NCBI GenBank assembly: GCA_947629555.1
Contig: CANRED010000004.1
Span: forward strand, 2,925 to 66,924
Reading direction: 5' to 3'
Length of the DNA stretch: 64,000 bases
Source: an uncultured Clostridia bacterium
Lineage (GTDB): Bacteria > Bacillota > Clostridia > TANB77 > CAG-508
Shown: piece after piece, positions 1-9,741 of the stretch
Position numbering within the stretch: position 1 is the stretch's first letter
How the letters are laid out: each line of letters opens with the position of its first letter
The notes under the pieces: generated by a model
Database searches by the model: none
What the model was told of the DNA's origin: nothing
Seen by the model: only the letters and a program-made list of their open reading frames with translations
Program-made: the position numbers and the translations under genes

Positions 1-1662
1 ATTTCATTTTTAAGCCAAGCGAATGAATTTTATCAATTGTTTCGTCATAAATTTGGGGTGTATAATTTTTTATTTTCATAAATTCATCTTCATCGAGTTC
101 CAATATATCTCCTACTGTGTTAATTCTTGTTTTTTGTAAAAATCTAAAAGCTCGTACTGACAAGTATAAATCTTCTATTTTGTGTGCTTTTATTTGTTTT
201 TCATCTTTAGTTTCTAAAATATTTTGTTTTGTATCGGTTTCTGCTTCATCCTTTTCCCATTTCATTTTTAAGCCAAGCGAATGAATTCTGTCAATTGCTT
301 CGTCCGCAGATTTTTTTCCTAAATTTCTTATTCTCATAAATTCAGGTTCATCCTTTTCCAATATATCTCCTACCGTGTTAATTCCTGCTTTATTTAAGAC
401 ATTATAAGTTCGTATTGATAATACTAAATCGTTTATGTTGAGTGCTTTTATTGGATCTTCATCTTTAGTTTCTAAAATATTTTGTTTTGTATCGGTTTCT
501 GCTTCATCCTTTTCCCATTTCATCTTTAAGCCAAGTGAATGAATTTTATCAATTACCTCATAAAAACCTTCATTTCTAAAATCTACTGTACTCATAAGTT
601 GGTATTCATCACGTTTCAATATATCTCCTATCGTGTTAATTTCTTGGTTCTTTAAGATATTCAAAGCTGATTCTGATAATCCTAAATCTTCTATTTTGCG
701 TGCTTTCCTTTGTTCTTCATCTTTAGTTTCTACTTCATCCCTTTCTTGCCTGTATTGTAGGTTCTCTTTAATTGACTTTAAAGAAGCAAAACAGCTTTCA
801 GTATCTACATTTTCTTTTTTTAAATAAATATCTTTCAAAGTCTCTTCAATTTTTGATAGTTCTTCTTTTTCTTCATCTGTTATAAATTCATTAGTTTTTA
901 AACTATCTAAATTAAGTATAAGTTTTCTAGTTATACTTGGATGTCTCAATTTTCTTAATGCACGTGTTTCTATTTGGCTTATTCTTTGAGGTGTTACCAT
1001 GAATTCTTTTCCAATACTTTTTAGATTTTTAGGCACTTCTTCTCCTGTTAAATTATATATTTCTTCAATTATTTTCTTTTCTTTCTCTTTCAATTCACTA
1101 AGTGATTCCTTAAGTACCTCGCTTGAATATACTAAAGGTGGATATGAATATTTTGAACCGATTATATCTCTCACTAATCTATCATATCCTGGTTGATTAT
1201 TAGCATCTATATCAATACACTGTTTTACAATTGAACCTGCTAATTTAGTATCAAACTCTTTTTCCAAGAATTCTTCATTCATATATAAGTTGCAAAAATT
1301 TTCCACAGTTCCATAATTTGATAATATATAGTCTATCTGCTTTTCCTTTATTCCATATTGCTTTGATAAATTTTCTATTTCTGTTGGATATCCAAATATT
1401 CCTCTAACATTTCCTTCTTTGCACTTTTCAATTTGCTCTTTTTCAAGTTTATTTTGTGATTTTCTAGCTCTTACATACTCATAATACTTTTGCATTTCTT
1501 CATATTCTGCCAGTATTTGTTGGTATTCTTCATCTGTTTTTGAATACTCTTTTAAAATTTCATTTGAAACAATAGGTGCCATTCTAGCCTTTGGATATTT
1601 AGTGCACCATTCAACCAAAGCATTAATTTTTTCATCTATTTCTTTTCTTTTTATAGGCATTT
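1..1662 (-). CDS. Partial CDS (N-terminus at 1662, runs off the window at position 1). It contains an HA-like segment, a sigma-70 region-4-like HTH and at least 3 tandem RNA polymerase alpha-subunit C-terminal-domain (alpha-CTD)-like repeats. It is a paralog of the C-terminal module of 19517..22102.
   Basis: I translated this by hand because it is absent from the ORF track (it is truncated by the window edge). There is an RBS AAGGAGA before the ATG at 1660-1662. The N-terminus MPIKRKEIDEKINALVEWCTKYPKARM matches residues ~490-560 of the 861-aa helicase protein, and DNA 1380-1560 is ~90% identical to 20400-20560. The motif KSIGKEFMVTPQRISQIETRALRKLRHP is a classic sigma-70 region 4.2. The repeats LSIRTYNVLNKAGINTVGDILEKDEPEFMRIRNLGKKSADEAIDRIHSLGL resemble RpoA alpha-CTD (LSVRSYNCLKRAGINTV...NLGRKSLEE...LGL). 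The underlying DNA is a ~261-bp tandem repeat at 1-40, 262-300 and 520-560. Confidence 0.6.
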
Positions 1663-1751
1663 TTAATTCTCCTTTATTACAACATAAAATTTCTTTTTAA
1701 ATTATATCACAATTAATTTTAAAATTAATTATTATAAAACAAATGTAATAG

Positions 1752-1776
1752 AAAATTAATATTATTGTAATATTTT
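1752..1776. promoter_or_regulatory. Conserved 25-nt motif AAAATTAATATTATTGTAATATTTT found ~90-110 nt upstream of both paralogous sigma4-module genes. The second copy is at 22188..22212.
   Basis: There is an exact 25-mer match at 1752-1776 and 22188-22212, each at a similar distance from the start codon (1662 and 22102). I take it as a candidate shared promoter or operator. Confidence 0.4.
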
Positions 1777-1920
1777 GCAATATTTTATTTTAATATGCAG
1801 TATATTATTAGGTAGCCTAGTTTATCTATTGAATAATAATATTATTAAAGGTCTAACCTAAAGGTTAGACCTTACTTATTGCATAGGAAAAATCGACTTT
1901 TTAAATTGATATATTGCAAA

Positions 1921-1957
1921 TTGTAGGGGTCGCTTAGGTTAAGCGACCCGCATTACA
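1921..1957 (-). repeat. GC-rich hairpin plus CCCTACA-tail element (copy a, reverse orientation)
   Basis: The minus strand reads gcgggtcgcttaacctaagcgacccctacaatttgcaa. This is the same subfamily as the copy at 55455-55495. Confidence 0.6.
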
Positions 1958-1979
1958 AAAATAAATCAAAACATTACAA

Positions 1980-3683
1980 TTATTTCTTTATTAAATATCT
2001 TTTTATCTTCATTGTTGTAGTTTTTTCAAATTCTTCTTCCCTTATATGTATTTCTTTTATGTGCTTGTATATTACTAAATCTTGTTGAATTCTTTTTACC
2101 TCTTCCCATACTAATTGCTTAATTTCTTCATCTGTTTTTGGAGAATCTTTAAATTTTTCTTGTATATATTCTTTGTTAGGTCTAATTTCTGCACATAACA
2201 CTAAATCGTCTTTTTCTTCTCTTAAATATACTAATGATTCTAATATGTAATCACTGTCATTTAATAAAGCTTCAATTTCTTCTGGGTATATATTTTTACC
2301 GTTTTTTGTTATTAGTACATTTTTCTTTCTACCTGTAATATAAACAAACCCGTCTTTATCTTGATATGCTAAATCTCCTGTACGAAACCATCCATCGTTC
2401 AATACTTCTTTTGTGGCTTCTTCATTTTCATAGTAACCAAGCATTACATGATCACCTTTTGTTGCAATTTCTCCTACTCCATCTTCATTTACGTCTAATA
2501 TTGCAAACTCTGTTCCTACTAATGGAAGTCCTGCTGCACTATCTCTAAACTCTACATCTCTATTTACTGCTACAATTGGAGAACATTCAGTTAATCCATA
2601 TCCTTGTATAATTGCTATTCCCAACTCTCTAAATCCTTTAGATACTTCTGGATTTATTGCTGCTGCCCCTGTTATATATAATTTTTGTTTTCCACCTAAT
2701 TGTTCATGTATACTCTTAAATACTTTCTTTTTTATGTGAATTCCTAATTTATCTAAGAAATTAGTAATTTTAATCATTTTTTTAACTGTTTTTGTTTTGC
2801 CTTGTTTATCAATTGCATCCCATAGTTTCTTATATAATGTTTCAAATACAAGTGGAACTGATAAAAACATTGTTGTGTGATATTCTTGAAGATTCTTTTG
2901 AATATGTCTTAATCCTTCGCAATATGCAACTGTTGCTCCTCTATATAAAGGCATTAAGAATCCGCATACACACTCATATACATGGTGTATTGGTAGCATT
3001 GATAAAAAAGTATCTTCTGGTTGTATATTTACCATTTGACAAAATTGATGCATGTTATATGTTAAATTTTTGTGTGATAACATTACAGCCTTAGATTGTG
3101 AAGTAGTTCCAGATGTAAACAATAATTCTGCCATTACATTTTCATCTATTTTTGCATCAATAAAGTTTCTATCTCCTTTTTTTACAAGTTCCTTACCAGT
3201 ATCTATTAATTTATGTAAAGATAAAAACTTTCCATTGTCTTCTTCTAAATCCATACCGATATAATACAATAGTATATTGTTCTCATTGTACAATGACTGT
3301 ACTTTTTCTTCATATTTACCTGAATATATAATGCAGTCTACCTTTGCTCTTTCTAAACAACTTTTTAGTTCATTTAATGGAAGTTGTTTATCTAAAGGTA
3401 CAACTACACCTGTTCCATTTACTGTAGCAAGATATGATATTGCCCATTCATATCTATTTTCTCCAATAACTGCTATTCTTTTATTTTTTAATCCTAAATT
3501 TATAAGAGCTGTTCCTAATGCATTTACATCTTCTAATACTTGTGAATACATAATTGGCTTATGCTCTCCTTGCTCTGTTTTTACATAATAAGCAACATTA
3601 TTTTCAAATAATTTGCAACTATCTTCTAATAATTGCTTTATATTTTTTACATCTCTAACTTGATACAAGGGTTTGTTTTTCAT
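1980..3683 (-). CDS. AMP-dependent synthetase / long-chain-fatty-acid--CoA ligase
   Basis: The AMP-binding motif FTSGTTSQSKAVMLSHKNL and the GYGLTE motif are present. The length (567 aa) is typical of FadD-like ligases. Confidence 0.85.
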   Translation of the reverse strand: MKNKPLYQVRDVKNIKQLLEDSCKLFENNVAYYVKTEQGEHKPIMYSQVLEDVNALGTALINLGLKNKRIAVIGENRYEWAISYLATVNGTGVVVPLDKQLPLNELKSCLERAKVDCIIYSGKYEEKVQSLYNENNILLYYIGMDLEEDNGKFLSLHKLIDTGKELVKKGDRNFIDAKIDENVMAELLFTSGTTSQSKAVMLSHKNLTYNMHQFCQMVNIQPEDTFLSMLPIHHVYECVCGFLMPLYRGATVAYCEGLRHIQKNLQEYHTTMFLSVPLVFETLYKKLWDAIDKQGKTKTVKKMIKITNFLDKLGIHIKKKVFKSIHEQLGGKQKLYITGAAAINPEVSKGFRELGIAIIQGYGLTECSPIVAVNRDVEFRDSAAGLPLVGTEFAILDVNEDGVGEIATKGDHVMLGYYENEEATKEVLNDGWFRTGDLAYQDKDGFVYITGRKKNVLITKNGKNIYPEEIEALLNDSDYILESLVYLREEKDDLVLCAEIRPNKEYIQEKFKDSPKTDEEIKQLVWEEVKRIQQDLVIYKHIKEIHIREEEFEKTTTMKIKRYLIKK

Positions 3684-3699
3684 AAGACCTCCTAAAATT

Positions 3700-4947
3700 T
3701 TATTTTTGTTTATATAATTTAAATAAATCTTTTAATTTTAATCTATCTCCATAGTGTAATATTGCTGCTGAATATACTTTTATTGATATTGCTGCAAGTA
3801 TAACAACAGTTATCGTAAGTACAACTATTGAAATTGCAATTTCTCCAGCGGTTGCTGCACCTGCAAGTATTCTCCCTGGCATTGAAAATGCTGATGAAAA
3901 TGGAAATATTGCAGCAAATTTGCTACCAGCACTATTTGGAATTGTTGATGTAGTATATGCCAAGAAAAATGATATTACTGCTATAAAAGATATTGGTCCA
4001 GAAGCTGCTTGAACGTCTTCTGCTTTACTAACAGTTGCACCTGTTACTGCACTTAAAAATGCATATACTGTATATCCTAAAATAAAGTATACTATACATA
4101 TTAATATATCTGGTACATTTAAACTTAAAGTACTTAAAACTTTTGATACAATATCAAAATCGCTTGGTATAAATATATTATAAGATATTACTGCAACTAA
4201 TATTAATCCAATTAATTGGCCTAATCCTACTAATCCCATGGCTATTGTCTTTCCAATAACAATTTTTGTTGGAGTAGTTGAAGTAACTAAAGTTTCCATT
4301 ACTCTTGAAGTTTTTTCGCTTGATATTGATGTTGAAACAGTATATCCATAAAAATATATTGCAAAGAATAATATATATGATGAAATCATAGCAATAAAGA
4401 AATTTTGATTTCCTGTATTTTCATTTAATTCTTGTACCTCAAAGCTTATTGGTGTATTTATAATTTGTAATAATTCTTGAGATGTTTCAGCCTCTACCAA
4501 CAATTTATTTGTTTGTAGGCTCTTTATAATATTTGAAAATACACCTGCAGTTTCTTGTGTTTCTGCAAAAGCACTATCTTCTTTTATAATATAGTCAAAT
4601 GAAACTATACCATTTTCATCTTGTTTTAAAATAATTGCTGAATCTATTTCTTCATCATTTATTTTTTGTTTTACTTCGTCTATTGATTTATCTGTAAAAT
4701 ATTCTATGCTATATCCAAGGTCCATTTGGCTAAAAGTTTCTGAAGAAGCACTTATTATATTTTCGTTATCTACTATGTATATTTTAGAACCTATTTCTTC
4801 TTCATCAGAACTAAATGCATTTATTATGTTAGGTATATTGCATAATCCAACTATTATTAATGCCATAATTATGTTTACGATTATAAATGATTTTTTAGTT
4901 ACATATTCTTTTACAGTATATTTTATAATTGCAAATAAACTTTTCAT
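3700..4947 (-). CDS. ABC-2 family transporter permease
   Basis: It is a multi-TM hydrophobic protein with a large extracytoplasmic loop after TM1. It is translationally coupled (ATGA overlap) to the upstream ABC ATPase. Confidence 0.6.
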   Translation of the reverse strand: MKSLFAIIKYTVKEYVTKKSFIIVNIIMALIIVGLCNIPNIINAFSSDEEEIGSKIYIVDNENIISASSETFSQMDLGYSIEYFTDKSIDEVKQKINDEEIDSAIILKQDENGIVSFDYIIKEDSAFAETQETAGVFSNIIKSLQTNKLLVEAETSQELLQIINTPISFEVQELNENTGNQNFFIAMISSYILFFAIYFYGYTVSTSISSEKTSRVMETLVTSTTPTKIVIGKTIAMGLVGLGQLIGLILVAVISYNIFIPSDFDIVSKVLSTLSLNVPDILICIVYFILGYTVYAFLSAVTGATVSKAEDVQAASGPISFIAVISFFLAYTTSTIPNSAGSKFAAIFPFSSAFSMPGRILAGAATAGEIAISIVVLTITVVILAAISIKVYSAAILHYGDRLKLKDLFKLYKQK

Positions 4948-5843
4948 TATGCTTCACCTACCTTGTCTATAAATATCTCATGTAGTGATGGTTCTTTTAT
5001 TTCAAATTTATCTATTTTTATATTTTTAGCTACTATTTGTTTTAGTATTTCTTGCGCCATTTCTTCATTTTTTATTTTAATTTCATAACTATTAACTTTT
5101 TTATCTATTATCTCTGCATCTTGTGGAATTATTGAATTTAAATCTTCATATGATTGTAATAATAAATTATTTTTTCCATAAGATTTTTTAATTTCAGATA
5201 AGTTTCCTTTAACAATCGTTTTTCCTTTATTTAAAATAATAATATCTCTACAATATTCTTCAACAACAGACATTTGATGGCTAGAAAGAATTATATATGT
5301 ACCCTTTTCTATTAATTCATTAATAACACCTTTTATAATCTCTGTATTTACTGGATCTAAGCCACTAAATGGCTCATCAAGTATTAACAATTCTGGATTG
5401 TGTATAATAGAAATTATTAATTGTACTTTTTGCTGATTTCCTTTAGATAACTGCTCTGCAGGTTTATACATATATTCGTAAATATCTAATTTGTCGCACC
5501 AATACTCTATTGCTTTTTTAGCTTCATCATATTTCATTCCTTTTAATGTAGCAAAATACATTAATTGGTCAAATAATTTTGATTTTGGATAAATTCCTCT
5601 TTCCTCTGGTAAATATCCAAAATTAACATTTTCCCTTTTAACTTCTTTACCATTCCATGTAATCTTTCCAGAATCTTTATTTAAAATTCCAAGAATCATT
5701 CTTATAGTTGTTGTTTTTCCTGCACCATTAGAACCTAGTAATCCAAATACACCTGGCTTATCTAATGAAAATGAAATATTATCAACTACTTTTTTGCCTG
5801 AATAACTTTTACTTACATTTTCAACTTGTAATCCCAATTTCAA
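4947..5843 (-). CDS. ABC transporter ATP-binding protein
   Basis: Walker A (GSNGAGKTTT), the ABC signature (LSKGNQQKV) and Walker B (LILDEP) are all present. Confidence 0.85.
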   Translation of the reverse strand: MKLGLQVENVSKSYSGKKVVDNISFSLDKPGVFGLLGSNGAGKTTTIRMILGILNKDSGKITWNGKEVKRENVNFGYLPEERGIYPKSKLFDQLMYFATLKGMKYDEAKKAIEYWCDKLDIYEYMYKPAEQLSKGNQQKVQLIISIIHNPELLILDEPFSGLDPVNTEIIKGVINELIEKGTYIILSSHQMSVVEEYCRDIIILNKGKTIVKGNLSEIKKSYGKNNLLLQSYEDLNSIIPQDAEIIDKKVNSYEIKIKNEEMAQEILKQIVAKNIKIDKFEIKEPSLHEIFIDKVGEA

Positions 5844-5852
5844 ATACCTCCT

Positions 5853-7040
5853 TTATTTAACTAAATTCATTGTATCTCTTGCTATAACTAGTTCCTCATT
5901 AGTTGGTATTATATACGCTTTTATTTTTGAATTTGGAGTTGTTATTTCTCTTTCTTCTCCCTTTACGTTATTTGCAGTTTCATCAATTTCTACACCCATG
6001 AATTTTAGATAATCACACACAGATTTTCTTATATTCATTTGATTTTCTCCAATTCCGCCGGTAAACACTATTGCATCTACTCCGCCCATTACAACCGCAT
6101 ATTTTGCTATAAATTCTGCGACTGTTTTATTAAATATTTCTATTGCCAATTCTGCATTTTCATCATTTGAAGATGCACTTTCTATCTCTCTAAAATCTGG
6201 TGCCATGTGTGCTATTGCTGATATACCTGATTTCTTGTTTAAAATTGTGTTTGTTTGTTCTGGTGTTAAATTTTCTTTTTCCATTATATATGTTACTACA
6301 GATGGATCTAAATCTCCAGATCTTGTTACCATTGCAATTCCACCTAATGGACTAAGTCCCATACTTGTATCCACACATTTTCCACCTTGTACAGCACATA
6401 AGCTTGCTCCTTGTCCTAAATGACATGTTACTATTTTTAATTCTTCTATTTTTTTATTCATCAAATTTGCACATTTTTCAGAAACAAATTTATGACTTGT
6501 TCCATGTGCTCCATATTTTCTTATACGATATTTTTCATAATATTCATAAGGAATAGGATATAAATAACTACTCTTTGGCATTGTTTGGTGAAACGCTGTA
6601 TCAAATACAGCTACCATTTTTACATTCGGCATTGCACTTTGACAAGCTTTTATTCCTAGCACTGCCGGTGGATTATGTAATGGTGCAAGTATAGCACATT
6701 CTTCTATTTGTTCTATAACTTTTGGCGTTATTAAAACAGATTTATCAAATATTTCTCCTCCGTGTACTATTCTATGTCCTACTGCATTTATTTCTTCTAG
6801 TGAATTGATTACTTTATGTTCACTATTAGTTAATTCACTTAATATGGTTTTTAACGCCTCATCGTGATTTTGTGCAGGTTTGTTAATTACATATTTTTCA
6901 TTACCTATTTTATGTGTTAAAAAAGCCTCGTTTTCACCTATACGTTCATAATTTCCTTTTGCAATTACTTGTTCTGTTTCCATGTTTATTAATTGATATT
7001 TTAGTGAAGAACTTCCACAGTTTATAACTAAAATTTTCAT
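5853..7040 (-). CDS. ackA: Acetate kinase (copy 1)
   Basis: The N-terminus MKILVINCGSSSLKYQL is the acetate-kinase signature. I set the start at the ATG at 7038-7040, which has a GGAGAG RBS, rather than at the ORF-track start 7082. Confidence 0.85.
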   Translation of the reverse strand: MKILVINCGSSSLKYQLINMETEQVIAKGNYERIGENEAFLTHKIGNEKYVINKPAQNHDEALKTILSELTNSEHKVINSLEEINAVGHRIVHGGEIFDKSVLITPKVIEQIEECAILAPLHNPPAVLGIKACQSAMPNVKMVAVFDTAFHQTMPKSSYLYPIPYEYYEKYRIRKYGAHGTSHKFVSEKCANLMNKKIEELKIVTCHLGQGASLCAVQGGKCVDTSMGLSPLGGIAMVTRSGDLDPSVVTYIMEKENLTPEQTNTILNKKSGISAIAHMAPDFREIESASSNDENAELAIEIFNKTVAEFIAKYAVVMGGVDAIVFTGGIGENQMNIRKSVCDYLKFMGVEIDETANNVKGEEREITTPNSKIKAYIIPTNEELVIARDTMNLVK

Positions 7041-7084
7041 ATAATTTGCTCTCCTTTTTTCATATATATTTTTTTGGAACAATG

Positions 7085-7140
7085 AGGGCGTCGTTCCCTA
7101 CATTGCGGGTCGATGTGGGCATCGACCCCTACAATTATTT
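7085..7140 (+). repeat. Two adjacent GC hairpin / CCCTACA elements (a truncated copy plus a full copy) between the two ack paralogs
   Basis: The sequence is gggcgtcgttccctacattg followed by cgggtcgatgtgggcatcgacccctacaatt. The second part is nearly identical to the element at 35641-35672. Confidence 0.6.
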
Positions 7141-7189
7141 TGGTATTTTAATAAAGAGGATAATGTATATTTATCCTCCTACAAATGCA

Positions 7190-8380
7190 TTATTTAACTA
7201 AATTCATTGTTTCTCTTGCTATCATTAATTCTTCATTTGTTGGAACTATCCATACTTTTACTTTAGAATTTTTAGTAGAAATTTCTCTTTCTTCTCCTTT
7301 TACATTGTTTAGCTCTTTATCTAATTCTACTCCCATAAATCCTAAATAATTACATACTTCTTCTCTTGTTTCTGGTCCTCTTTCTCCAACACCGGCTGTA
7401 AATGTTATTACATCTACTCCATTCATTGTAACAGCATATTTTCCTATATATTGTGCTATTATATATGCATATTCTTTTAGTGTTAAAATAGCTCTTTCAT
7501 TTCCAGCAGCAGCAGCTTCTTCAATGTCTCTGTTGTCTGGTGAAATTTCAGATATTCCATATATACCAGACTCTTTGTTTAATATTGTTTCCATCTTATC
7601 TGGTGATAAATTTTCTTTTTTCATTATATATGTTACAACAGATGGATCTAGGTCTCCACTTCTGCTACCCATTGCTATTCCACCTAATGGTGTTAATCCC
7701 ATACTTGTATCTACACATTTTCCATTTTGTATAGCACATAAGCTTGCTCCTTGTCCTAAATGACAGTTTATTATTTTTAAATCTTCAACTGGTTTTCCTA
7801 AAAGTTCTGCAATTCTTAAAGAAACATATTTGTGGCTTGTTCCATGTGCTCCATATTTTCTTATTCCATATTTTTCGTAATATTTATATGGTATAGCATA
7901 TAAATAATGTTCTTTTGGCATTGTTTGATGGAATGCTGTATCAAATACTACAACATTTGGTTTCCCTGGTAATTCTTTTTTACAAGCTTCAATTCCTTGT
8001 AAATGTGCTGGATTGTGTAATGGTGCAAATGTAATTGCATCTTCTATTCCTTTTTCAACTTCATCATCTACTATTACAGATTTTGTAAATTTTTCTCCAC
8101 CATGTACAACTCTATGTCCAATGGCATTAATTTCGTCTAATGAAGATATTACACCATGTTCTTTATCTGTTAATTGTTCCATAACGAATTTTATTGCTTC
8201 ATCATGATTTTGTACTGGATGTGTAAATTTAAATTTTTCTTCTCCTACCTTATGTGTTAAAAAAGATTCACCTATACCAATTCTTTCATAATTTCCTTTT
8301 GCCATAACACTTTCATCTTCCATATTTATTAATTGATATTTAAAAGATGAACTTCCACAGTTTAATACTAATATTTTCAT
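7190..8380 (-). CDS. ackA: Acetate kinase (copy 2, tandem paralog, ~65-70% aa identity to copy 1)
   Basis: The N-terminus is MKILVLNCGSSSFKYQL. I placed the start at the ATG at 8378-8380; the ORF-track N-extension to 8476 lacks an RBS. Confidence 0.85.
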   Translation of the reverse strand: MKILVLNCGSSSFKYQLINMEDESVMAKGNYERIGIGESFLTHKVGEEKFKFTHPVQNHDEAIKFVMEQLTDKEHGVISSLDEINAIGHRVVHGGEKFTKSVIVDDEVEKGIEDAITFAPLHNPAHLQGIEACKKELPGKPNVVVFDTAFHQTMPKEHYLYAIPYKYYEKYGIRKYGAHGTSHKYVSLRIAELLGKPVEDLKIINCHLGQGASLCAIQNGKCVDTSMGLTPLGGIAMGSRSGDLDPSVVTYIMKKENLSPDKMETILNKESGIYGISEISPDNRDIEEAAAAGNERAILTLKEYAYIIAQYIGKYAVTMNGVDVITFTAGVGERGPETREEVCNYLGFMGVELDKELNNVKGEEREISTKNSKVKVWIVPTNEELMIARETMNLVK

Positions 8381-8556
8381 AAATTTCTCTCCTTTTCTTG
8401 GGCATTCACCTGTATGTACAAGTACACCCATATTTGGTGCGATTAATGTATTATTTTTTATATTAAGCCCGAACAACAGCGGAATCCCTAAAAGTTCTCC
8501 CTGCGCTTGAGGGTTAATATAAAAAATAATACATTATATCGTTAGTTAATTAAAAT

Positions 8557-9552
8557 TTATTGTTGTGCCTGTACAGCAGTTATTGCTACTACGCCAACTA
8601 TATCTTCTGCACTACATCCTCTAGATAAATCATTAACCGGTTTTGCTATTCCTTGGCAAAGTGGTCCATAAGCTTCTGCTTTTCCTAATCTTTGTACTAA
8701 TTTATATCCTATATTTCCTGCATCTAGATTAGGAAATATTAATGTATTTGCATGCCCTGCAACCGGACTTCCTTTTGCTTTCATTTCTCCAACTTCTTTT
8801 ACTAATGCCGCATCTAATTGCAATTCTCCATCCACAAGCATTTCTGGTGCTTTTTCTTTTACTAATTTTGTTGCTTCAACAACTTTATCTACTAATTCTG
8901 ATTTTGCACTTCCATAAGTAGAAAATGATAACATAGCAACTTTTGATTGTTTTCCTGTTAATTGTTCAAAGCTCCTTGCAGATGAAATTGCAATTTCTGA
9001 AAGTTCTTCACTATTTGGATTTATATTTAATCCACAATCTGAAAATACAAATACTCCATTTTCTCCATATTCGCAATTTGGAACACTCATTAAGAAAAAT
9101 GCTGATACCAGTTTTGTTCCTGGTGCAGTTTTTAATATCTGTAGTGCTGGTCTTAAAGTATCTGCTGTTGAATGTGCAGCACCAGATACTAATCCATCTG
9201 CTTCCCCTGCTTTTACCATCATCATTCCAAAAAATACTGGATCCAGCATTAATTCTTTAGCTTGTTCTTCTGTCATTCCTTTTGCTTTTCTTAACTCGTA
9301 AAAAGCATTAGCATATTCTTCGTATTTTTCAGATTTCTTTGGATTTACTATTTTTGCTTTTGATATGTTTAAAGCATTTTCTTGTGCAATATTTAATACT
9401 TTTTCTTCTTCTCCTATTAATATAACCTTTGCAAAATCTTCCTCTCCTATTGTACTTGCTGCTTTTAATACTCTTATATCTGTTGCTTCTGGTAATATTA
9501 TAGTTTTTATATTAGATTTTGCTTTTTTCTTCATATCTTCAATAAATGACAT
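8557..9552 (-). CDS. pta: Phosphate acetyltransferase
   Basis: MSFIEDMKKKAKSNIKTIILPEATDIRVLKAA is a phosphotransacetylase-family N-terminus. I chose the start at the second ATG, which sits 8 nt after AGGAGG. It lies upstream of the ack genes, consistent with a pta-ack operon. Confidence 0.85.
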   Translation of the reverse strand: MSFIEDMKKKAKSNIKTIILPEATDIRVLKAASTIGEEDFAKVILIGEEEKVLNIAQENALNISKAKIVNPKKSEKYEEYANAFYELRKAKGMTEEQAKELMLDPVFFGMMMVKAGEADGLVSGAAHSTADTLRPALQILKTAPGTKLVSAFFLMSVPNCEYGENGVFVFSDCGLNINPNSEELSEIAISSARSFEQLTGKQSKVAMLSFSTYGSAKSELVDKVVEATKLVKEKAPEMLVDGELQLDAALVKEVGEMKAKGSPVAGHANTLIFPNLDAGNIGYKLVQRLGKAEAYGPLCQGIAKPVNDLSRGCSAEDIVGVVAITAVQAQQ

Positions 9553-9741
9553 TCTCATTTCCTCCTGTTTGTTTATAGCAAGATTGATAAATTATTAACT
9601 TAAATATTATATACAAAAGTTTTCTAAATTACAACATTTTTAAGAAATTTTTATATGATTTTATTATTTTATTTAAAAGAAAAAGGTACTATCTATTTAG
9701 ATAGTACCTTAAATTACTTAAACCATTTTCTTATCTCTTTA

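Noticed and set aside
5853-8476. The N-terminal extensions of both ack ORFs (7041..7082 and 8381..8476) as given in the ORF track.
   Set aside because: The conserved acetate-kinase N-terminus MKILV(I/L)NCGSSS begins at an internal ATG preceded by an RBS. The extensions have no RBS and in one case run into the repeat element.
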